IMG/VR virus record: IMGVR_UViG_3300025889_000083
Coordinates: 1 to 64,000 of that record
Origin: a virus
DNA length: 64,000 nucleotides
Direction: 5' to 3' (one strand)
The stretch's first letter is position 1. The number at the start of each line of letters is the position of its first letter. The notes under the pieces are model-generated. The model saw only the letters and a program-made list of their open reading frames with translations, was not told where the DNA came from and did not search any database. Shown in pieces: positions 56,889 through 64,000 of the stretch. The position numbers and the translations under genes are program-made.

Positions 56889-58101
56889 CGAATGGAATTA
56901 CTACATTAGTACTAAATTCAGTTTTACCTGTAGTAGATGTATTACCAGTATTAATTGGCGTAAATCCAAATCTCATTCCACAAGAAGTGAGAGATTTGCC
57001 ACAGATATCACCTCTTTCCCAGTAAGTACTGTAAGTAGGTGCAACATTAATACTTGCTTTCTTTGCTTTCCACATAAGTGTTTTGTTATAAGTTGCAGAA
57101 CTTGCTACATTATCTGTAAAAGTTACATAGTCATTCTTTTTATCATCTGAGTAAATAAAATACTCTGTTCCATGACTATAAGTTGCATAAGTTCTTACTC
57201 TTTTAAAATTCTCATTTGTATCTGTTGGAGTTCCAAGTGCAGTTTTTGTACCTTGTGTTGCTACTTGCCAATAATTATTTACTGTCTGACTACTTACTGT
57301 TCCATTTGCTGCAGCTCTGCTTGCAGTTGTTTGTGTGTACCAATAAGTATCAAGTGATAAAGTATTTGCTCCTGATTCACTTGTCCAATTTCCAAAAGTA
57401 AGACTACTAGGTACAATATACTCATCATCTTGATTTACATATACTTTATATGTTGTTGCACCATTTTCTGTATATAAATGTCTAGCTTCATAAGTGCTGT
57501 CGATTCTCCAAGTACATCCGCTTTTTGCTTTTTGATACTCTGATAAGTGATCACTTGCACCTTGATATTCCCAAGGACATCTATTTACTACTACTTGTCT
57601 GTATGGAATTTTAATTCCTTCTAATTCAAAAGGAACTCGTAAACTAAATTCTACAGATATTTTTGTTCTTGTTTTAATTCTGTCAATATAAAAAACTTGT
57701 CGTGGATACTCAGTTGGAGGATTTGTTGCTGAAGCTTCTCCATATAAGTATTTCTTTAAAGTAGTTCTACGAATAACTCGATTACCAACTAAAGAATCAT
57801 AGTCGGTTGTTCCTACTGCTCCACTAAAAACACTTGTTGCATTTGCTATTGTAAAACTTGGATTTGGATAAGTTCCTGATGCTTGATGCTCAAAACCTTT
57901 TGCTTGTACAGGTGCAGCAACATAAGTATTTATCTGAGAATTATTTGAATAATCTCTCATTTGTATTGTAGATAAATCAGCTTCAAGACCTACAGCAAAG
58001 TATGCCCAAGTATTTTTGGCATACTCAAATTCATAAAGATCAACAACGGCTGAGCCTGGATCTTGCTTTTGTAAGTCTTTTACTAAAATTTTCTCTGTCA
58101 T
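56857..58101 (-). CDS. minor tail protein (lambda gpL-like)
   Basis: C.W.Y...C and D.CGK.L..C..RF...FGGFP. Confidence 0.85.
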   Translation of the reverse strand: MTEKILVKDLQKQDPGSAVVDLYEFEYAKNTWAYFAVGLEADLSTIQMRDYSNNSQINTYVAAPVQAKGFEHQASGTYPNPSFTIANATSVFSGAVGTTDYDSLVGNRVIRRTTLKKYLYGEASATNPPTEYPRQVFYIDRIKTRTKISVEFSLRVPFELEGIKIPYRQVVVNRCPWEYQGASDHLSEYQKAKSGCTWRIDSTYEARHLYTENGATTYKVYVNQDDEYIVPSSLTFGNWTSESGANTLSLDTYWYTQTTASRAAANGTVSSQTVNNYWQVATQGTKTALGTPTDTNENFKRVRTYATYSHGTEYFIYSDDKKNDYVTFTDNVASSATYNKTLMWKAKKASINVAPTYSTYWERGDICGKSLTSCGMRFGFTPINTGNTSTTGKTEFSTNVVIPFGGFPAAKDFG

Positions 58102-58478
58102 TATGCTTCGTAAACTCTTCTAAATTGTGCATTAAGAGTGTAGTAATCATCATACACCCATGTTTGATCCCAAGTATCACAGACCACTTTTATTGTTTCT
58201 TCACTTCCACCAGCATTTGAATCTGATAATGTAAAGTTAAAGTTTGTGACTCCGCCTTTTGATTCAAAGAACGCTACGATATCATCTATATCTGCTTTTG
58301 GTCGAGTTGTAAAAGCTACATCTATAGTTTGTTCTAAACTATTTATACCGTTTGCAATTCTTTGCTCATATCCATCGCCAAAGTTAGCAACAAATACTCT
58401 TGGTTTGTTATTTCTTTTTTGTCCTCTATCTGGAACTACTACTCCGAGTGTTCCGCCTACATCAAATCCTATTGCCAT
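58101..58478 (-). CDS. distal tail protein (lambda gpM-like)
   Basis: FGDGYEQR..NGIN, F....G...F and F..V.E. Confidence 0.85.
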   Translation of the reverse strand: MAIGFDVGGTLGVVVPDRGQKRNNKPRVFVANFGDGYEQRIANGINSLEQTIDVAFTTRPKADIDDIVAFFESKGGVTNFNFTLSDSNAGGSEETIKVVCDTWDQTWVYDDYYTLNAQFRRVYEA

Positions 58479-61400
58479 TATGTACCACTCAATAATCCAC
58501 CTGCGCGTTGTTCATCAGCTATTACTTCTTTAACAGCCGCTGCTATTATAAGTCCCATTTCTCCTCCACGATCTGAGGTCATGGTTGTCTCTCCGTTTGC
58601 CATATTTACATTAACAGAGATATTGTTTGTTCCACCAGATTTTCCTTGCATTTCTACTGGAATACTTCTTCCATTTGGTAGAGGAACTACAGCTTCAGTG
58701 CCATGTAATTCTGCAAGATAGCCAGAGCTTGGTCCTGTTGATACTGCTCCATCACTATACGATCTATAACCAGGTGCGTTTGCTATACCGCCTTGTCTAA
58801 CTCCAAATAATGCTTTTAGACCACCCATAAGACCACCACCATTAGCCATACCACCAAAGAAGCTGTTTGCACTTTGATAAATCATTGCTGCCATTTGAAT
58901 TTTTGCGGCGATTTCCATAAGTTTTGCTGCTTCTTCACTTTTTCCTGCAGCACCAAGTAACATTGAGGCTCCTCCTAAAAATTTAGTAGAAACTCCTGTG
59001 AAAGTATCGACGCCTTCCTTAAATTTATCAGCAGTAGTTTGTGTGCCTGCAAGAGTAACAGAGTTAGGATCTATTCTTTTAATTCCATTTCCTGTTGTAG
59101 TTCCTGTTGTAGTACCTGAACCTGTACTTACACCTGGAAGTGATTGTAAAGCTGTATTTAAGCTTTGTATGTTAAGTTCTAATTGATCGTATTCGAGATT
59201 TAAAGCCTCGATTTTTTCATTTGCACCTGTTGCTAATCCGATATTTTTTTCTTGAGTTTTTCGGTAGTTTTCATTTGCACTTTCTAATTTAGCTATTTCG
59301 TCTTTAATTGCCTGCAAAGTCATTGGTTGGGTATAAGGTCCATAAGGACCGTCAGTTAGAACGTTACCCGTTACCTTAGAAAAATCAGCACCTATACTCT
59401 CATAACCACCTGATTTTGCTATGACTTCACTAATTTGATCCAGTCCATCTTCTAAAAATAGTAGTCTTCTATTATTCGCTGCTTCTGCGGCTTTAGCATT
59501 ATTATAAGCACTTCTAGCAGTTGTTAGTTCGTTGATGTCTCCTTTTATTCCACTTTTCTTTAATTCAGTGGCGGCAATTTCACCTTGTGTTTTAAGTCTA
59601 AAAGCAATTAGAATTGCAGCTTTATGATAGTCTGCTCCTGATTTAATTGCTTGTTCTATTTTGGAAGATGCGGTTTGCATGCCTTTTTGAAGTGCACCGC
59701 CTTCATCTACGTAAATATCTTTTGTAATCTTATTAGGATCAAACATTGTGCCCCCTAATAAGTCTTCCATCATTCTTTCACTGATTGCTTTTCCAACAGA
59801 GTCAGTTAAAGTTTTTGTTAATTCTTCTCCGATATTTTTAAATGCATTTGCTTCACCTCGTAAAGCTGCTCCAATAGAAGAGCCGAGTTTACTAGTAATA
59901 TCATCTAGCATGCTAGTATAGAAATTAAATAGCTCACTTTGTTGTGCTTTTGCTATTCTATAGTTTTGTTTTAGAACTTCAATATTACCTTTTGCTTGTT
60001 GTACTCTAAGCTGTGCAGATTCGTCTCCTTGTTTCTTAGATAGTTCATATGTTGCAGCTTCTAGTTCATTTCGTGCTTTTGCTAGATTAAGTACTGCTGT
60101 CATTGTTTTTTCGTATGCTTTTGCCTCTCTTTGTCTTTTTGTACCAAAGCTATTTTCAGCAACTTCTAAAGATACTCCTAACTGTGCCATTGCAATAAGA
60201 TGAGCCTCTTTATTTAAAGCATTAATATACTCTAATTCTCCTCTAACTAATAGAAGTTGAGCAGCATATTTTCTATGTTCACCAGCAAGCTGTTCCATTG
60301 CCTGTGCTTGAGTTTTTAATTGATCTGTAATATCTTGATATTTTAATTTTGGGAGAGCTTGTATTAAGCTATTGGTTAATTTTACAAGAGCTGACTGCGC
60401 TTGATTATAAGATTTTATAGCTAACATATTTGTAATATGTTTATCGGCAAGTTTTGATACTTCTTTTATTTGTTCACTTGTTAATTGTTTTCCTTCTCTT
60501 AATACATCTGCATAAACTTTCATTTCAGGATCAAGTCTAGACATTGTATCTAATTGTTCTAATAATTTATTGTTAAATTTTTCAAATTCTTTAGGTGCAA
60601 GATTGCTTCCATTTGCAAAAACTTGATACTCTTGTAGTCTATTAACTAAATCTGCACTTTGAAATGCTTGTCCTAATTGTGAAATCTGCTCATCAATACC
60701 TTTTAATAATCCTCTCTCGCGAACTTGTGCCATTTTATCAAGTTCTTGATTTAAACTATCCATACTTCTAGTACTTTCTGAAATTCCTTCGGCAAATTTA
60801 TTTATCGTTTTTCCATTAAATTTATCTACTAAATCTCTTAGTACAGTAAAAGCTGTGATTGCTAAACCAATATAACCTAACCATCTCAATAGTCCTGTTA
60901 TAGCTGTCATAAGTCCTGTTCCTAATGCTTTGATAGTTCCTATAAATTTACCATATTCTATTTGCATTTGGTATAAACTAGATTTCCACTCTAACATTAT
61001 TCTTTTAAATCCAGTGGATTGATCTATAACTAATTGATTCTGTAAGATTTTTAAATCTAGAAGAAGTTTTTTCTCTGCACCTTTTACAAAGTTATGGTGA
61101 TTGAGTAGACTAGATTTTTTTGCTTCTAATGCTTTTCTATACTGTTCTAGATCTGCTTGTGTATACTCTCCTTCTTGAAATCTTGCTAGTCTTCCCTGTG
61201 CGGCTTTTGATCCCGGCTTAGTTTCTAAAACATTGAATAGTTTACCTTGCGCGCCCCCTGTAATTCTACCAATATCTGCTTTTTGCATAGCAGGTAATAA
61301 AGATCCTACTATACTTGCAGTAAAACCTACAATAGCAAATGTTGCTGCTTCAGTGCTCTCAGTTATTCCTTTTGCAATAAACTCAGATATAGTTGCAATA

Positions 61401-62215
61401 ACAGGACGAGCTTTATTTAAAAGTTCATCAAATGCGATTCCAACTTTATTTATGGCATTACTGGTTGGATCCATAATTTCATTAATAGCTCCAAATTTTT
61501 CTTCTACCTGTCCTAAAACTTCTGTTGTTACTGCCTGTGACTTTTGGAAGATTGTTAATTGATTTTTATTTAGACCAAGAGCAGCGGCGTATTTTATAGA
61601 CGCTTCTTCGAGTCTTAACACAATACCCAGTTCATCCAAAAGTTCTGGTTCCGCTTTTGTCACACCACGAACTAATCTATTAAATGAATCTGTTACATCT
61701 CTACCAAGTGCGATTGAAACTGTTTTTGCGGCAGCACCTAATTCTCTTAATTGAGTGGGAGATAAACCTGCAGCTAATCCGATAGCTGCTGCTTGTGATG
61801 CCTCTTTAAAACTAATTTGAGCATCTGTTGCAATTTGTAAATCTTTTGCTAAAGATTTAATTGCCATGCCTGTTGTCGCGGCAAATGCAGCCTGTCCTTC
61901 TCCTAATACTCTGAAGTCAGCTGCATCTTTTAAAAAACGGAATAACGCATCAATTGCAAATAATTGAGCCGCTAAAGTAGCGTAAGCAGGTACAAGAACT
62001 CCTCCGATTCCTTGTGCCATTTTTGAAAAGTTTTTAGTTGCATTTGAAGATTGTTTTGAGACACCTTTCATTGCACGGTCAGCTGACTGTGCATTTAATC
62101 CAACTGTATTAAAAGCTGCGCCTGTTTTTTTGGCTTGTTGCTCTACAATCTTGTATGAGCCATCATCCGACATGCGGATGACAATGGTACCAGCTTCAAT
62201 TTTTTTCTTTGCCAT
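58478..62215 (-). CDS. tape measure protein
   Basis: 1245 aa helical; EPELLDELGI, hydrophobic segments and C-terminal ELHGTEAVVP. Confidence 0.9.
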   Translation of the reverse strand: MAKKKIEAGTIVIRMSDDGSYKIVEQQAKKTGAAFNTVGLNAQSADRAMKGVSKQSSNATKNFSKMAQGIGGVLVPAYATLAAQLFAIDALFRFLKDAADFRVLGEGQAAFAATTGMAIKSLAKDLQIATDAQISFKEASQAAAIGLAAGLSPTQLRELGAAAKTVSIALGRDVTDSFNRLVRGVTKAEPELLDELGIVLRLEEASIKYAAALGLNKNQLTIFQKSQAVTTEVLGQVEEKFGAINEIMDPTSNAINKVGIAFDELLNKARPVIATISEFIAKGITESTEAATFAIVGFTASIVGSLLPAMQKADIGRITGGAQGKLFNVLETKPGSKAAQGRLARFQEGEYTQADLEQYRKALEAKKSSLLNHHNFVKGAEKKLLLDLKILQNQLVIDQSTGFKRIMLEWKSSLYQMQIEYGKFIGTIKALGTGLMTAITGLLRWLGYIGLAITAFTVLRDLVDKFNGKTINKFAEGISESTRSMDSLNQELDKMAQVRERGLLKGIDEQISQLGQAFQSADLVNRLQEYQVFANGSNLAPKEFEKFNNKLLEQLDTMSRLDPEMKVYADVLREGKQLTSEQIKEVSKLADKHITNMLAIKSYNQAQSALVKLTNSLIQALPKLKYQDITDQLKTQAQAMEQLAGEHRKYAAQLLLVRGELEYINALNKEAHLIAMAQLGVSLEVAENSFGTKRQREAKAYEKTMTAVLNLAKARNELEAATYELSKKQGDESAQLRVQQAKGNIEVLKQNYRIAKAQQSELFNFYTSMLDDITSKLGSSIGAALRGEANAFKNIGEELTKTLTDSVGKAISERMMEDLLGGTMFDPNKITKDIYVDEGGALQKGMQTASSKIEQAIKSGADYHKAAILIAFRLKTQGEIAATELKKSGIKGDINELTTARSAYNNAKAAEAANNRRLLFLEDGLDQISEVIAKSGGYESIGADFSKVTGNVLTDGPYGPYTQPMTLQAIKDEIAKLESANENYRKTQEKNIGLATGANEKIEALNLEYDQLELNIQSLNTALQSLPGVSTGSGTTTGTTTGNGIKRIDPNSVTLAGTQTTADKFKEGVDTFTGVSTKFLGGASMLLGAAGKSEEAAKLMEIAAKIQMAAMIYQSANSFFGGMANGGGLMGGLKALFGVRQGGIANAPGYRSYSDGAVSTGPSSGYLAELHGTEAVVPLPNGRSIPVEMQGKSGGTNNISVNVNMANGETTMTSDRGGEMGLIIAAAVKEVIADEQRAGGLLSGT

Positions 62216-62632
62216 TTACTTTTTTCTTACACTACTTTGTGCCTTGGCTTTTCGACTCTCAGCGTCTTGCCTTTCTTTCACTTTTCTATTAATTGCTTCT
62301 GAACTATAGTGTTCCACCCATTTTAAAAAGAACCAGACTGTCTTTCTATCCTCTACATTATATACATTAAATAGAGTTTCTATGGGAGTATAATCTTTAC
62401 CCATGTAGTATCCAGACATTCCATCCCAATTATCGTTTAAATTGCTATGCAATAAAAAAGCCACCTGAACTTCGTAAGGTAATACACTTACATCAGGCGG
62501 CATTCTATCGGGATCAGGTTCTTGACCTAATTGTTCGCATATAGCTAAATACTTATCTAGGTCAATGGCTGTATCTTGGTATTTTCGTTTTATTAACGCA
62601 AGTATATCTTCTACTTGCGCTGAGTAAAATTT
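62216..62632 (-). CDS. tail assembly chaperone, -1 frameshift extension (GT-like)
   Basis: Frame stays open from the slippery site through MPPD...; no obvious own SD. Confidence 0.75.
   Translation of the reverse strand, partial: KFYSAQVEDILALIKRKYQDTAIDLDKYLAICEQLGQEPDPDRMPPDVSVLPYEVQVAFLLHSNLNDNWDGMSGYYMGKDYTPIETLFNVYNVEDRKTVWFFLKWVEHYSSEAINRKVKERQDAESRKAKAQSSVRKK
62597..62632 (-). promoter_or_regulatory. programmed -1 ribosomal frameshift signal
   Basis: A AAT TTT heptamer (62632-62626), 6-nt spacer, then a CGCAAGTA-7 nt-TACTTGCG hairpin. Confidence 0.8.
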
Positions 62633-63042
62633 TCCAGATCACTGGTTGTTTCACTCACCCATGTATCAAAATCTGATGAATTTTTCATTAATAACTCTGC
62701 GTTATCATGATCGAACTCAAGACAATCATCTGGGTTTAAACTACTAACATCAACCAATAGAAGCTCTTCTAAGTATTTGAATTTTAAGCCGCTCCACCCC
62801 TGAATTATTGCTTTTACGTATTCTTTTAAAAATTTATCATTATCAAGAGTTTCTTCAAACTGTCTAGTCTTTTTATTAAAAGTCTGTTTTACACTTTTGT
62901 TGCGTAATTTTAACAGCTCTTCTCTTGCTAAATAAGTCAATTTGACTTTAAATCCATCAAAACCTGGAAAGTCAATTTCAACTGTTTTGCTTGGAGTTAA
63001 TAAACTCTTTAATGATACTGGTTTTTTATTTTCTTCTGTCAT
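62611..63042 (-). CDS. tail assembly chaperone (G-like)
   Basis: Lies between tube and tape measure; I.GW.GL motif. Confidence 0.8.
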   Translation of the reverse strand: MTEENKKPVSLKSLLTPSKTVEIDFPGFDGFKVKLTYLAREELLKLRNKSVKQTFNKKTRQFEETLDNDKFLKEYVKAIIQGWSGLKFKYLEELLLVDVSSLNPDDCLEFDHDNAELLMKNSSDFDTWVSETTSDLENFTQRK

Positions 63043-63059
63043 TCTCTTTCCTGTAAGGA

Positions 63060-63083
63060 TATGCGGGACCGAAGTCCCGCATA
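63060..63083 (-). terminator. cUUCGg hairpin downstream of the tail tube gene (attenuator or mRNA stabiliser)
   Basis: TATGCGGGAC-TTCG-GTCCCGCATA on the minus strand; no U-tract. Confidence 0.6.
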
Positions 63084-63093
63084 ATTGTTAAAA

Positions 63094-64000
63094 TTAGCTA
63101 GCAACGTAAGTAAGTTTGACTTCGTTAGTAGCGTTTGCTGCTGTTCCTGATGATAAGTCGCTGGGTAAACCGTGGAAGTTTACATCAACGCTTATGACGT
63201 CATCAAGAGAGTGAGATGGTAATTCTAAGTGTGCTTTTGCAACTTGTACATTACACCTTGGAGTATTACCAGATCCACCGATTCCGAAAGTTAAATCAAA
63301 TGCGTTAGTAATAACACCTCTTGATTCTTGTAATCTTTCGAATAGATCAAGTGAGCCATTTGCAGTATCATTTAAGTAACATGTGAAGTTACCTGATACT
63401 GATCTTGTTCCCATAACATGACCAAGTGGTAGATTAACTTGTCCTAATGTCTCAGGAGTTAGGTAAGTAAGATTATTTTCGATTGTAATATTACCACCAG
63501 TTAGTGTAATGTTATAAGAAACATCACTTCCGTCAACATTTAAAGCTCCTAATGTACCTGTTGATTCTGATACATCAAAGCTAATAGTTAAATCTGTTAG
63601 TTTTTGTCTTATGAAGTTAGATGTGGTATCTATACCTTCTCTGATTAAACCTTTTGCTGTTAAACCTGAAGCTGCTGTGTTAATAGAAGCTACTTCTTCA
63701 ACTGTTTGACCGTTTCCAGCCCAAGCAATCTGTGCAATTCCTTCAATATCAAAATCAACTGAAGCAGAACCGACTGAACAGTTTGCAAGTTTGTAAACTG
63801 TTACACCTTCTGTACCTGTAGCATAAACTTCTGTATCAGTGTCTTTTGCAGCACCGAGTACGAAGTATAGATCAAATACACCGAGAGTAACTTGGTTTGA
63901 GTTTGCGAAATCAAAGACAGATGCATTAGCTTGGAAGTCTCCACCATTTACAGCTCTGTCATAAGTGTTGGCACTCATAGCAGCCCAAAGTGGTCCTTCT
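63094..64000 (-). CDS. major tail tube protein (T5 pb6-like), 5'-truncated by the window
   Basis: ENNLTYLTPETLG.VN.P.G...GTR..SG...YL; frame remains open to the window edge (EGPLWAAM). Confidence 0.85.
   Translation of the reverse strand, partial: EGPLWAAMSANTYDRAVNGGDFQANASVFDFANSNQVTLGVFDLYFVLGAAKDTDTEVYATGTEGVTVYKLANCSVGSASVDFDIEGIAQIAWAGNGQTVEEVASINTAASGLTAKGLIREGIDTTSNFIRQKLTDLTISFDVSESTGTLGALNVDGSDVSYNITLTGGNITIENNLTYLTPETLGQVNLPLGHVMGTRSVSGNFTCYLNDTANGSLDLFERLQESRGVITNAFDLTFGIGGSGNTPRCNVQVAKAHLELPSHSLDDVISVDVNFHGLPSDLSSGTAANATNEVKLTYVAS

Noticed and set aside
41803-61562. Plus-strand ORFs in the tail region (e.g. 45389-45769, 50741-51022, 58362-58721, 61233-61562)
   Set aside because: Antisense shadows of structural genes.
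1-64000. tRNA/rRNA genes, integrase, transposase
   Set aside because: None recognised; intergenic spaces are short and largely accounted for by promoters and terminators.

Overview
The window is about 64 kb of an AT-rich, T5-like (Demerecviridae-type) siphophage genome; the gene families suggest a marine phage. The + strand (1-35942) carries the T5 early/replication module in T5 order: D2, D3, PC4-like protein, split NAD-dependent ligase A/B, D5, D6 helicase, primase, PolA, D10-D15, then nrdAB. Most gaps between core genes hold small modification enzymes: glycosyltransferases, sulfotransferases, a carbamoyltransferase, a methyltransferase, AsnB-like and QueC-like amidoligases, radical SAM/SPASM, GNAT, SGNH and 2OG-Fe(II) oxygenases. 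The - strand (64000-35925) is the late tail module: T5 pb6-like tube protein, frameshifted chaperone, tape measure, a lambda-like M/L/K/I/J tip, accessory fibres and two terminal glycosyltransferase-like genes. The standout finding is an 886-aa Thr-rich protein (37950-40610) whose halves are complementary at the protein level. Folded back about residue ~451 (i+j=902), 67 of 69 in-register positions pair an aromatic residue with Arg/Lys/Gln, with no gap across ~380 residue pairs. This implies a giant self-zippering beta-hairpin fibre, encoded in one overlapping gene run with glycosyltransferase-like genes. All family calls come from motif recognition by eye; no searches were run.
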